Shown: positions 21,850 to 34,483, numbered from the stretch's first letter. The stretch is 64,000 nt of DNA from Desulfomonilia bacterium (GCA_963664325.2 CAXXDQ010000003.1:352001-416000), one strand, 5' to 3'. Program-made: numbers and translations. Notes: generated by a model from the letters alone, not told the origin.

Positions 21850-22674
21850 TTGATGGCAGGAAGGTCGGTCATAATAACCGGGGCGAGTGACGGGATCGGC
21901 GCATCGGCAGCGCGAACCCTTAAAAAGCATGGGGAGCGAGTTGTCATTGTCGGGCGTTCACCGGAAAAGACAAAGGCAATTTCTGACGAACTCGGAGTAG
22001 ACAGCTTCACTGTGGACTACGCCGATTTCTCCCAGGTTCGCACCCTTGCAGCTGCATTGCTTGCAAAATATGAGCGCATCGATGTCCTCGTGAACAATGC
22101 AGGCCTTACATGGAATGACCGCACGGTTACCAAAGACGGACATGAAATAATCTTCCAGGTGAATCACCTGGCCCCATTCCTCCTGACCAACCTTCTGAAA
22201 GACCGGCTTATAGCCTCCCGGTCAAGCATTATATTTACATCAAGCGTCGGCCACAAATTCGGGCATGTGAATCTTGACGACCTGGAGAGCGAACGCAAAT
22301 ACAGTGCACTTAACGCCTACAGCATATCGAAGCTGGAAAACATCCTCTTCATGAAGGAGCTAGCAAGAAGGTGGGGGCCTCAGGGCATCAGCACGGCGGC
22401 CTTTCATCCAGGAAACATAGCATCGCATTTCGCCAGCGAGGCAAAGGGATTCATATACCTGCTGTACAATTCGCCGATGAAATATCTTTTCCTGAGCAAG
22501 CCTGAAAAGGGCGCGGATAAGCTCATCTGGCTGGCTGAAGGCGAGCCCGGCAGGGACTGGATCTCGGGCGAATATTACTACAAACGCAAGGCCAGGAAAC
22601 CCAATAAGGAAGCCCTTGACCCCGTCCTGGCCGGTAAACTGTGGGACATTTCCGCACGTCTTGTAGGCCTTTAG
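21850..22674 (+). CDS. Short-chain dehydrogenase/reductase (retinol dehydrogenase-like)
   Basis: TGASDGIG, VNNAG, VNHLAPFLLT, YSISK, HPG. Confidence 0.93.
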   Translation: MMAGRSVIITGASDGIGASAARTLKKHGERVVIVGRSPEKTKAISDELGVDSFTVDYADFSQVRTLAAALLAKYERIDVLVNNAGLTWNDRTVTKDGHEIIFQVNHLAPFLLTNLLKDRLIASRSSIIFTSSVGHKFGHVNLDDLESERKYSALNAYSISKLENILFMKELARRWGPQGISTAAFHPGNIASHFASEAKGFIYLLYNSPMKYLFLSKPEKGADKLIWLAEGEPGRDWISGEYYYKRKARKPNKEALDPVLAGKLWDISARLVGL

Positions 22675-22769
22675 GGATACAGCTCTGTTATCCCTGCATC
22701 CCCGGCCAAAAAGAAAAGGCATATCAAGTAAAGGGACATTAGAATGACTGAAAAGGTGAAAAAATCAGT

Positions 22770-23513
22770 ATGGGTCATAGATATGAATATATAATGGGTT
22801 TTTTAACGCTGGTGCTATTCATCGTGATTACCGGCGGTGCATCAGCGTCTCAGGCACAGGTTGGTAATGCGGATTCAGCCGGCATAAAATCAGGTTCGTC
22901 CCAGACCGTCTCAAAACCTTCGATTATCTATGTAACGGATTTTTATCTGGACCCGGACCAGATTACGAAACAGAGCGTTATCAAACGTGACGGGCCCGTC
23001 AAAAAGAGGCTTGATAGAATCAGGGGCGATGATGACCCGGCTGACAAGGCGGCGAAACTCATATCTACCCTGTCGGAAGCAATCGTAGGCGGGATGCAGG
23101 CGGCGGGACAAAAGGCCGAAAGGCGCCCCAACGAAAAAGGTTTGAGGAAAGATTTCATGCCCGAGGCGCTAAACCTCCCTTCCAGCGGATGGCTTGTCGC
23201 CGGATGGTTTTCAAGTGTCGACGAGGGAAACCGTGCGCTCAGTTCCTCCGTAGGCTTCGGGAAAGGCTCAGCGAGCGTTCAGCTGGAGGTCGTGGTCTAT
23301 GATCTTTCAAACAAGGCCGGCGGGCCGTTTCTCCACCTGGGTTCTGACAGCGGGGCTAAAAAGATGCCAGGCGGGCTTATAACCAAGAATCCCTATTCAA
23401 TTGCTGCAAAATACGTCGTTTCGAAGGGTGCCACCGAAAAGGATGTTCAGAAACAGGGCTCGGAGATTGCAAAGGGCCTGCTTCAATATATCAACGATCA
23501 TGCCCTGAAATGA
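22770..23513 (+). CDS. Exported protein, DUF4410-like
   Basis: Signal peptide; IYVTDF, VDEGNRAL..VGFGKG, KKMPG. Confidence 0.65.
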   Translation: MGHRYEYIMGFLTLVLFIVITGGASASQAQVGNADSAGIKSGSSQTVSKPSIIYVTDFYLDPDQITKQSVIKRDGPVKKRLDRIRGDDDPADKAAKLISTLSEAIVGGMQAAGQKAERRPNEKGLRKDFMPEALNLPSSGWLVAGWFSSVDEGNRALSSSVGFGKGSASVQLEVVVYDLSNKAGGPFLHLGSDSGAKKMPGGLITKNPYSIAAKYVVSKGATEKDVQKQGSEIAKGLLQYINDHALK

Positions 23514-23640
23514 TTGTCCCGATTTGTATCGGGCCAACCGGAACAAGGCTGCTCAAAAAAGCCGTTCTCTGTAATTCAAGACTGCATGCGAGCCGTTTCA
23601 TCATTGACGCCCCGATGCAGCCTTGAGTGCGGAAAAGGAA

Positions 23641-24090
23641 TCAGAAGTATTTCTTTTTTTCCACCAGTTTATATTGGACGCCCATCTCGTCGCAGATTTT
23701 CTTGACCGCCTCAAGCACTATGTTCGGGGTTTTCTCTTCTTCACCTTTTGTCTTTTTCGATTCGATGGTCAGCAGGGAGAAGCCGTCTTTCTTGTCTTTG
23801 ATCTTCAGTGTGGCGTCACGCTCTCCTTTTTTAAATTCCAAGCTCATCTTTTTGTCGTCCTGTTTGACGATGGTCACATCGGGGGTTTTCTTGGCGACGT
23901 TGATGGCGGCTTGATATATTGCCTCCGGTGTAGCCTTCAGTTCGACTTCGGCTATGTCATGGGTTTTGCTTACTTCGTAATAGACAATAGCAGATAATAC
24001 CGCTGCGGTTCCGAGACCTCCCATGCACCCGGTTATGCTTACCGGTAGAGTAAACAACAAGCCTAAAATAATCCATTGCCTGATCTTCAT
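23641..24090 (-). CDS. Lipoprotein, DUF3568-like
   Basis: Lipobox ITGC followed by a hydrophobic Gly/Ala stretch; AGGAGG RBS. Confidence 0.65.
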   Translation of the reverse strand: MKIRQWIILGLLFTLPVSITGCMGGLGTAAVLSAIVYYEVSKTHDIAEVELKATPEAIYQAAINVAKKTPDVTIVKQDDKKMSLEFKKGERDATLKIKDKKDGFSLLTIESKKTKGEEEKTPNIVLEAVKKICDEMGVQYKLVEKKKYF

Positions 24091-24124
24091 AAATCCTCCT
24101 GCTTTATCAAATATTTTGTCTTTT

Positions 24125-26021
24125 CTAGTTCAATACCGCCACGGAACATGCCGGAACCTCAATAGTAAATGAATCTGTTTTAACATTCAAAGGTTTTTCT
24201 TCAAGCTTTATTGCATGCGGATTTTCAAAAGTGTTCTGGATCAGTGGCGATCCGGCTGAAAGGACGCTCATACGGACCGGACGAATACAAGGCCCTGTGT
24301 TTTTCAGATTGATTCCGACCTTCATTCGCCTTGACGGATGGCGGTTTACGAGCCCGATCGCCATATGCCGCCCGTCACGAGACCTCGTTGCAACGGCGTC
24401 AAGCCACGGGACATTCTTCATTGCCTCGATATTGCCTAACGCTTCAGTGTCGAATGACTGGCTTTCTACATTGCAGCCTACGGATACTTTCTGCATCTTT
24501 GCATACATCAGGAACGGATAATAAATGGCCGTCGGAATCGCCTCCGATTCATTTGTGATAATCGCCGGAAGCACATTTACAAGCTGGGCCAGGTTGGCCA
24601 TGTACAGGTCTTTGCACCGGCGGTGGAACGCATTCAGCATACCCGCACAGTAAACGGCATCCCGCATGCAGTAGTTTATATTGTGCATCGATGATGCCCC
24701 GGGAGCAGGTGGTAGCCACAGGTTCCACTCGTCGAATGTTATGCCTATATTCGACCCGGGCGCGTATTTCCTGATTTGCGCCGCAATGCGTTTGATAATT
24801 TGCTCAGCGGAAAGCGGCGCCGCACAGACTATTTTGTGCAGGCTGTCCCTGTCATAGCTCTCCCTCCAGCCTTCGTTTTCCGGCTGATAGATATGGAAAG
24901 AAAGGGAGTCGATTATGTCTCCGGCCTCTTCTAGGACGGTTTTATTCCAAACATAACCGGGGTCGTCCGGCGAATCGGTATGCACCTTGTCTCCGACCGC
25001 GACGACATGTATGTCAGGGTCGACACCGCGCATGGCAGAGACAAATTTCCTGAGCCGGTCCGTATATTCTTTAGGGCCTGTATGCCCTATCTGCCAGCGT
25101 CCCCAGACCTCGTTGCCTGCACCCCATATCCTGACATTGTAAGGTTCCTTGTGCCCGTTTGCAGCCCTTCGCCCGCCTTCTTTCCCCTCGGCGGGTTCGT
25201 TGCAGTATGCAACCCATCGGGCGGCTTCCTCAGGCGTTCCGTTGCCGTCGTTTATCACAAGGAATGGCTCGGTGCCGACCATCCTGCAGAATTCGATGTA
25301 TTCATCCGTACCCACCAGGTTTGTTTCATGCGACTGCCAGGCCTCATCAAACCTCTCGGGACGGGCTTTCCTTCGGCCCGATCCCGTCCTCCCAGTGATA
25401 GCCGCTTGCGAAGTTCCCACCCGGGTAATCTTATCACAGGGGGTTTCATCGCGCCTTATCAGGTCGAACGTGTCCTTTCTGAGAGCTGAACCGTCCCCGG
25501 TCCAGATGCCGTCATAGATGCAGCGTTCCAGATGTTCAATGAAGTGCCCGTAAACAAAAGGATTGATCTCGCCTGTTACGTCCTCGAGATCGACGTTAAC
25601 CTGAGCCTTCATTGCAGGTATCAGGAAAGAGGGGATCCTGAAGGGTTTTTTAGCCGAATCGGCAACTTCCCCGCCGGTTGCCTGAACTGTAAAGCTTATC
25701 TCCCCGGCTTCCTTCGTATCTATTCTTATCGTGAGTTTTCCGCTGCCCGGAGAGGGTAAGGGCTTTGACTGTATATACAACACCCACAGACAGGGGGAGC
25801 GGCCTCTCCGGAGAAACCTCATCCGCCTTTCTTAACTCTCCGCCCTCGGGACCCATGAAAAGGATGTTTTTGTCCACTCCGGAGCCGTCCACATCAAGCC
25901 CTACTGAAGAGAGCGTAGCCGGAGCAAAAGTATTATTGATTGCGAAGCTGAAACCTGCACCCTCCTTTTTAAGGCTGCCCTTCACGAACAGTTTTCTAAG
26001 GATAAATTCCGGGACCACCAT
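24125..26021 (-). CDS. abfA: Alpha-L-arabinofuranosidase (GH51) with an extra N-terminal beta domain; several apparent frameshifts
   Basis: YGHFIEHLERCIYDGIW, GTDEYI, WGAGNEVWG, TFDEWN, ANLAQLVNVL; the RYPGGNFASGYHWEDGIG motif is recoverable in an alternate frame; start at 26021 after GGAGG. Confidence 0.85.
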
Positions 26022-26040
26022 GTCATCCTCCCTTAAGATA

Positions 26041-26111
26041 ATGAAAACCCTGCCGTATAATTTTCAGGCAGGGTTTCATGATAGCACAGCGGGCAGTTTC
26101 CTGCCCACTGC
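26041..26111 (-). promoter_or_regulatory. Two tandem hairpins in the GH51 5' leader
   Basis: Minus strand: CAGTGGGCAG-GAAA-CTGCCCGCTG, then ATGAAACCCTGCC-n12-GGCAGGGTTTTCAT just before the RBS. Confidence 0.45.
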
Positions 26112-26269
26112 AATTCTCAAGTAAATCAATCCATGGGTCTGACTTTACAACCATCCCTTCATATTTGTTATGTTTTAATCAATTAATAAGAAATCAAAGC
26201 AAGCATGTTGTACAGCCACGATTCTTGTGTATATAGGAAGTTAATTCTAGACATTAAGGAGTCAAGACC

Positions 26270-27617
26270 ATGAACCTTGAAAAAGTTGGCCTGGGCCTGC
26301 CAGAGATTCTTCTGCCGAAAAACGGGACCGATCTCACCAAGTGGGCGGTTGTAGGCTTGCGATCAATACACATCGCAGCCTGAAGTTGTGGAAAGAAATT
26401 GAAAAAACAGCCGGGGATAATCCGTCCACTCTGAATATTATTTATCCGGAGGTTTATCTTGAAGAAAATAATCCGGACGAGAGGATTAAAAATATCAATG
26501 AACACATGGTAAAATATATTGCAGACGGGACGCTTGCGGCGCAAAAGCCGGGGTTTGTCCTGGTAGACAGGAAGACATCGCAGGCTCCTTCAAGGAAAGG
26601 GCTCGTTGTCTCTCTTTACCTTGAACAGTATGATTTCAGCCCGGATTCAAAGACCATGATAAGGGCAACCGAAGGGACGGTAATTGACAGGCTGCCTCCC
26701 AGGATCAGGATACGAAAGAATGCCGCCTTAGAATCGCCTCATTATAATGGTGCTTATAGACGACCCCGATAAAACTGTTATCGAACCCTTGTTCAAGAAA
26801 AAACTGAGAAAGCTATATGACTTTGATCTTATGCTGGACTGCGGCTTCATAAAAGGCTGGGCTGTGGATGATGAGGACTCTCTGAATCAGATAGCCTCGG
26901 CACTGGCGGAACTTGCCGAACCTGTCAGTTATGGAGATAAGTATGGTTATAGTGACGGCAGCGTCATGCTCTATGCGATGGGCGACGGCAACCACTCGCT
27001 GGCCACGGCCAAGAGCATATGGGAGGGCATGAAGAAAGAGGCAAAAGACCCGTCAGCTGATCATGGGTCATCCGGCGCGCTACGCCCTTGTCGAACTGGT
27101 CAATATCCATGACCCCGGACTCGAATTCGAACCAATCCACAGGGTGCTTTTCAATACGGACAGAGACGGCCTTATCGGAAAATTCAAGATCTATTGCGAA
27201 TCGGAAGGGTCCGCAGTTTCAATAATTGCCGCCGGCTCGCCGCAGGAACTCTGCCAGAAACCAGCGTCAAGAGCCGATGCGCACCTGATCCCGTTTGTCG
27301 CGGGCGGCCTGTGCGGGACCATAAAAGTAGAAAAGCCCAGGCGCCAGCTTGAATATGCCACGCTCCAGACTTTTCTTGACGGCTACTTGAAGGATAACCC
27401 GGCAACAAAGATCGATTATGTCCATGGTGAAAAGATCGTTGAAGACCTGGGCTCTAAACCCGGCAACATGGGCTTTTTCCTGCCGGTAATCCCCAAGGAT
27501 ACATTTTTTAGAACAATCATCATCGACGGTGTTCTTCCCAGAAAGACCTTTTCGATGGGCCATGCTGACGAGAAACGCTTTTATCTCGAATGCAGGAAGA
27601 TAAAACAGGAGGGATGA
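26270..27617 (+). CDS. DUF1015 family protein, split by several apparent frameshifts
   Basis: ILLPK..DLTKWAVVACDQYTSQPE, IRATEGTV..RLPPR, YAMGDGNHSLATAK, EFEPIHR, LPRKTFSMG..EKRFYLECR. Confidence 0.85.
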
Positions 27618-27621
27618 TAAA

Positions 27622-28210
27622 ATGAAAAGACGGTTGATTCTTGCAGCACCGGTTCTGATTGTCCCTTATTATTATGGCCGCTGCCGCCCCTGCTCAAAGG
27701 CCGTTGAAATGGGCGGAGCCTGTTAAGCTTGAAGGAGTGCCGAATCTCTTCAAGGTCAGTCACGGAACTGTACAGAAGTGCACAGCCTACGACGGAAGGG
27801 TTTAAAAACCTGAAAAAGCTGGGCATAAAAACTCGTGGTCAAACCTCAGGTCTTTTCATACGGATTCGACCCTCCTCAGGGACACCGGCCTCGATTATGA
27901 ACATATTTATATGAAATCCTGGCATGCGGAAAACGAAGACGCCGTGAGTTTTCTGAAAATCGTCACAGACCCGAAGCGCACTCCTGTTCTTATCCACTGC
28001 CAGCATGGCGCAGACCGCACCGGAACCCAGTGTGCGCGGTCTAATCCGGATGGCGGTTCAGGCTGGACAAAGGAAGAGGCGGTCAAAGAAATGACGGAAG
28101 GCGGCTTCGGATTTCATGAAGTCTGGGCGAACCTGCCGGAGTGGATAAAGAACCTCGATGTTGAAAAGATAGAAAAGAGGCCGGACTGCCGGATAATAAA
28201 AAGTAATTAA
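27622..28210 (+). CDS. Exported dual-specificity/tyrosine phosphatase family protein, frameshifted
   Basis: GVPNLFKV..LYRSAQPT..GFKNL; catalytic IHCQHGADRTG (HCx5R); GWTKEEAVKEM. Confidence 0.8.
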
Positions 28211-28339
28211 CAAGGGGCGGCTGACCTCAATCGGTTTGACGTGTCTGGTCCTGCCTGTCATTCTGGTAATCACCGGTACCATAACGTCCGGTGAATCGGC
28301 TGGCTCGGCTGTTGCTCATATGCCTTCCCTGACAGGTTT

Positions 28340-28818
28340 TCATTTAACAAGCGCCTTGATCATGGGAGGGGACCAATATACCTACTAGTAATATCGCCAT
28401 GACCGGACGCATCAGATTGACAGGCTTCATGTTGTGTTCTTTAAAGGCTGTCAATGCATGATTTGCAGAAGAAAGGGAAAAGAACAGCAGCATTAATGTC
28501 ACGATGGTCGCGTCCGCGTATCTCCCCCAGTCGAAATATGAAAACGAGCAGGGCCGTCATGGCTGTTGCCAGGTTGTTCAGGCCCGATTGGATCTGATAA
28601 GCCCGATTGGGTTTATAGCCGGTTTTTTCGGAAGAGACATCTCCAAGAATCAAGGATTCAAAGGCTACCGTTCCGCACATTAGAATTACCACGATCGGCC
28701 CTAGAATATGAAACTTCGATTCGGCATCGCTGCCCAGGTATTCTGCGAAGAAATATACAAGCGCTATGCCCGCCGGCCTGATCCACTCCATCATTATTGA
28801 GAGCTTCTTTCTTGTCAT
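28340..28818 (-). CDS. Small multi-pass membrane protein (DUF6790-like), frameshifted
   Basis: YQIQSGLNNLA motif; the C-terminus continues in another frame to ...MIKALVK*. Confidence 0.55.
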
Positions 28819-29243
28819 AATTTTATCCTGTTTGACTGACAACTGATTGCTGCTGCGTATGCACTGCTGTACTAATTCCTTGCCATGAGCTGTTATCTCC
28901 GGCAGCTAAACCTTACCTGCCATAAAAGACCGTCTTTCACTGTTTCGGTAAAATTATGACTGATGATTAATTCGGTAAATACTTGTTTCATGCCGGTATA
29001 ATTATCCTCAACAGATCGCCCTGTTATATTCTTCCAATGAAAGGCGCTTTCAAGGGTGGCAGCATTATGTTCAGAGTATAAATGTGGCGTCTCGGAATTC
29101 TAAAACATCTTTTAATTGGTTAAACCCGGCCCTTCCTTATGACTCATATCCAGGACAGTAATATCGTGCTTGAAATCCCGGGCCGGATTTGTATGATGCA
29201 ATTTTAAATAAGTCATGAAAGATTTGCACAAAAGGAGGTATCG

Positions 29244-31775
29244 ATGACGGATTGTCGAATTGCCGGGACTGTTTCCTGAAGAAAAAAGGTATCTTCGTCA
29301 TATCTGTTCTGGTTTGTTCATGCATTCTGGCCGGATGCGCATCGATACTCCTTAATAAAGGTTTTCCCGGCTTAATGGCGAGACTCAATACCAGGGTTAT
29401 CCGGGCGTGTAGAGGTTATCAGGGATCAGTTCGGCATTCCGCACATCTATGCGGCCAATGAAGAAGACCTGCTCATGGCGCAGGGATATGTGCACGCGCA
29501 GGACCGTCTGTGCAGATGGAGACATTCCGGCGCGTGGCGAGCGGACCCTGTCTGAAATCGGCGGCCGTGAAATGGTGGGTCTTGACCACTGGATGCGGCT
29601 GATCGGAGTTGCCAGAATCAGGGAGCTTCTGGCAAGCCCGTATCATAGATGAGCAGAAGCCGCTTGCCGAAGCGTATCTGAAAGGCATCAACACTTTCAT
29701 AGAGCAGAACAAAGACAATCTGCCCATCGAGTTTCAAAGGCTCGGCCTCGTTCCCCGGCCATGGAAGACCAAGGATCTCTATAACGTAGTCGGGAGTGAA
29801 CGCATGGTTCCTTGAGACCAATTTTGCGCAGGAGCTTGTTGCACTGGCGGGCCGTAAATATTTCGGTACGGAGGAGCTGAAAGATATTCTGCCCTCTTGG
29901 CCGGGGCCGTGCTTCGGAGGATCGGTACTTCGATTCGCTGCGCGGATTATCGTTGGGAAAATTCATTCCGGAGGTCGAAGCCCTGTACAAAATGACATCC
30001 ACATACGACGGCGTGGGCAGCAATAACTGGGTGACAAAAAAAGGTCCCGGCGGAAAACCTCTGCTTGAAAAACGATCCCCACCTTGCGCTGCTTGTACCA
30101 GGAGTATGGTACTTCTGCCATCTGGAATCGCCGGGTTACAGGGTGGCGGGCGCATCCATGGCCGGTATTCCGGGGATCATCATAGGCCACAATGACCGTC
30201 TGGCCTGGGGCTGGACCAATGTGATGACCGATGTTGCGGACCTGTATGTATTCCAGGTCGACCCGGGAGACCCGACTACCTACTATGTGAAAGGGCAGCC
30301 TTTTCGAATGCGGACCCGGGACGAAGTGTACGGCCTTCCTGACGGTTCCAGTGAAACCAGGGCGCATATACGAGACTGTTTCACGGGCCTGTAATCACGG
30401 AGGTCAGGCCCGGTATCAACGCCGTGGCCGTGCTCAAATGGTACGGGGACATTACCGGATGATAAGATCTTCGACGAGAGTGCCATCGGGTTTTTCAAAC
30501 TGAACAGGGCTCGTACCGTGCAGGAAGGTTTTGAGGCGGGCCGCCATTTCGGCCTGATCGGGCAGAACCTGGTGCTTGCCGACATTAACGGCAATATCGG
30601 CTGGCATGCATTCGGCGCGGTGCCGCTGCGCCAAAGGATATTCGGGACGGTTGCCTGCCGACGGTTCGGCTGGCGTTTGTGACTGGGTGGGATACCTGCC
30701 CTACGACAGGATGCCTTGCTCTTTCAATCCCGAAAGGGGGTTTTTATCGCGACTGCCAACAACCGTTCCGTGGGAGAAGCTTCCAGGGTATCCAATCACC
30801 TACGACTGGTGCGCCCCCTATCGCTATGGACGGATAACTCAGGTACTGGCGTCCATGAAAGAGCCGACCCCGGAGGCCTTTCAGGGAGCTTCAAAAGGAT
30901 GTCCATTCGCTTCAGGCGGATAAAATACTGCCGAAACTGAAACGGTATCAGTTTACTGACGAGAAGGCCCGGGCCGTGCAGGGCATGCTTCTTACATGGG
31001 ACCGGGAGGTCAGCGCACAGAGTGAAGGCGCTACGGTGTACGAGGTTTTTCTTACCGAGTGGGTCAGGGCCCTTCTGGAAGACGAACTCGGGGATGATCT
31101 GAATCTGTATTTACCATCTTCTGCCGGCGGCGTATCTCGTGCAGGATGTCATCCTGGACCGGCCTGATTCGCCGGTCTGGGACAGGGTCGACACTCAGGC
31201 AAGGGAGGAGCCTCAGCAGATATTGGAACTCGCCCTGAGGAAGACGTATGAGCAGCTTGAAGACCATCTGGGTCATGATGCAGGGAAATGGAATTGGGGC
31301 CGATTGCACACCTATTTCTTTGCACATCCCGGTGCGCGCAATAGGGATTGAGCATAAGCTCCTGAGCCGCGGTCCGATCCCTGCACCTGGAGACAACACA
31401 ACGGTCAATGCGGGATGTTATGATCCGGGCCTGGGCGGCTACGGGGTAATCGTGATCCCTTCGCTCAGGATGATCGCCCCGCTGGGAAATCTTGACCGGA
31501 CCACTATTGCGGGTCCTATGGGGCAATCCGGACAGCCTGGGAATCCTCATTATGATGACCTTATAAAGCCATGGATGAGCGCGGAAGGCGTACCTCTTTT
31601 TTTCAACCGGGCGGATGTGGATGCTAATGCGGCCCATCGATTGATAATTACACCGGGTCAAGCGGGGATAGAAAAGGGAATTGAAGTTGAACAACAGTTG
31701 ACTTTCATCGGCTCACTTACCATGCGCAACTGTTGCGTGCAGGTCAGATCCATATCCAGCATATACAGCTGTTGA
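29244..31775 (+). pseudogene. Penicillin acylase/AHL acylase family (peptidase S45) lipoprotein with many frameshifts (possibly sequencing errors)
   Basis: Fragments: lipobox [23 protein letters not shown] (catalytic Ser), NDPHL, IIGHNDRLAWGWTN, PSLRMIA, GQSGQPGNPHYDD. Confidence 0.8.
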
Positions 31776-31881
31776 AAACGGTTCTGACACCTTTTGCTTC
31801 CTATTGATACTGTTATCATTTTCAAGATATAATCCTCCAATCTGGCCGGCTTCCAGCCGGGCCTTTTAAGGAGGTAAACCT

Positions 31882-34483
31882 ATGATCAGGGACAAATCCG
31901 GAAAGGTGATCAAGACCGTATTACTGGTTCTTCTCGCGCTGGATCCTGCTCGTCTGCGGTGGCGGATACACTTACTACAGGTGCATGATCAACGGCCCGC
32001 AGCCCCAAGCTTGACGGGGAATTGAAAGCAGTCGGACTGAAAGGGCGCGTGGAAATTTTTCGCGACTCCTATGGAATACCGCACATCTATGCCAAAAACA
32101 TGCACGATCTGCTTTTTGCACAGGGTTACGTCCAGGCGCAGGACAGGTGGTGGCAGATGGAATTCTTCCGCAAGACCTGCGGCGGACGGATTGAGGAGCT
32201 CACAGGCAGGAAGTCCAAGCTGGTCAATACCGATATCTATCTGCGCTCGCTGGGACTCTATAGGGTGGCCAGGCAGGAGTACGACAGCTACCCGCCCGAA
32301 GACCGTGCACTCCTGGATGCCTTCGCAAGCGGCGTAAATGCTTATATCGCGGACAGAAGCCCGTGGCAGCTTTCTGTCAATTATTCAATACTGGGACTGA
32401 CGGGAGTTAAATTCAAGGTCGATCTCTGGTCTCCGCTTGATTCATTGGCCTTCTCCAAGCTGATGGCCTGGGACCTGGGCCTTTCGCGTGATCTGGAGTT
32501 GCCCCGCGTCAAGCTTTACAAAAAACTGGGGGCAGAGATGGCTGAACAATTTCTGGTACCGCCCTGGCCCCTTAAAGAGAAACGCACCATTCTGCTGGAA
32601 GAAGACATTAAGGCCACTTATCCGGCGGCTAATAATTCATCAAAACAGAATGCGGATAAAGGGATGACCCGTCATGGTCTCCATGCGGCATCAACCCTCG
32701 CGTATGATGACCCGGCCGCCGACCTCTCCCTGCTCATGGCCAGACCGAGGGAACGGGCAGCAACTCCTGGGTGGCCACAGGCAGTATGACCCGGAGCGGC
32801 AAACCCCTGCTTGCCAATGATCCGCATCTGGGTATTCAGCAGCCTTCCATCTGGTATGAGATTGCACTGCATTGCACTGACGATGGGACAGGACGTCCCT
32901 TTGATGTGGCCGGCTTCTCCTTTGCCGCAAGCCCCGGTGTGGTGGTGGGCCACAATAACGATATCGCATGGGGCACCACCAATGTCTATCCGGATGTCAA
33001 TGACCAGTATCAGATAAAAGTCAACCCAGCCGATCCTTTGCAGTATGAATGGAACGGCGCCTGGCGCGACATGACCGTACACGAGGAACCCATTTCGTTT
33101 GGCGACGGCAAGCCCGTCATCCTGGTCAAGGTGCGTGTTACCCATCTCGGCCCGATCATTAACGACAACAAGTTTGACGCCAAGACCGGAGAAATGGCCG
33201 GCTTCAACAACAAAGACCCGCTGGCCCTTCATTGGACCGGACTCGAACCCGGTACCATCGCACTATCCATACTCAGGCTTGACAGGGCGAGAAACTGGGA
33301 TGAGTTCCGTGCTGCACTAAAATACTGGGATACGCCGTCACAGAGTTTTGTCTATGCCGACCGTCAGGGCAACATCGGCTATCAGATGCCCGGCAAGATA
33401 CCTGTGAGGGCCAAGGGCCAAACCGGCCAGATGCCGGTCCCGGGATGGACTTCCGTTTATGAGTGGAAGGGGTATGTGCCTTTTGAACTGATGCCGCGCT
33501 CATATAACCCATCCCGGAATTTCGTTGTGGCCTGCAATCAGGAAGTGGCACCGCCGGACTACTATGCCATGCTCGACAAACAGCTGGGACCTGATGTTAA
33601 CGCCAATTTTGGCAGCAAGTATAACAAGTGGGTCTACGGCTACCGCTCGCAGCGCGCATATGAACTTATCAAGCAGCTGGCACCGAACTCCGTCGCCACA
33701 TTCCAGAGGATGCAGGGAGACAACAAATTATTGCCAGCCGATGAAGTGCTGCCATATATAGACGGTCTCAAGTTCAAAGACCCTGAGCTTGCCGCAGCCC
33801 GAGACTGGCTGCTTACGTGGGACCGGTTCACCGGCGGGGACAGCCCGCAGGCTGCGCTCTACATGGAATTCTGCATGAAGCTGTTCCAGAATACATTCCA
33901 GGATCAGCTTGGAGATATAGTAAAGTCCGATGGCCTCGACAAAGAGATGTGGGCCCTTTACCTGATGATGAAAAATCCCAGGGACCCCTGGTGGGATGAT
34001 GCCGCCACGGCTGCCGTCAAGGAAACCCGCGACGATATACTAATCCGCTCGTTTAATGAGGGATATACAGCCACAGTGGCCGCTCTTGGCAAGGACCGCA
34101 ACAAATGGAAGTGGGGCGCATTGCACAAGGCGACTTTCGTCAGCAACCCGCTGGGTGCCTCCGGGATCGGGCCGATCGAATCACTGGTCAACCAGGGGCC
34201 GGTGGAGACCGGCGGCAGCACCGAGTGTCTGAACAATAATATCTGGTATGCCAGCAAAGGCGATTTCAGCGTGGGGCTGATACCGTCCATGCGTATAATC
34301 GTGGACCTAAATGATCTGACGAATTGCGTCAGCATCAATTCCACCGGATCAAGCGGCCACCCGGGCAGCCCCTGGTACGGAGACCAGATCCAACTCTGGG
34401 CCATAGCCAGCTACCGCCCCATGCTGTGGAGCAGACAACAGGTGGAAGCAGGTGCCAAATACAGGCTTTACCTGAATCCCTGA
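31882..34483 (+). CDS. Penicillin acylase/AHL acylase family (peptidase S45), membrane-anchored; about 3 apparent frameshifts
   Basis: AAGGAGG-ATG at 31882; [25 protein letters not shown]; GSNSW restored by a 1-nt indel near 32738; LANDPHL, PSMRIIVD, GSSGHPGSPWYGDQ. Confidence 0.88.
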
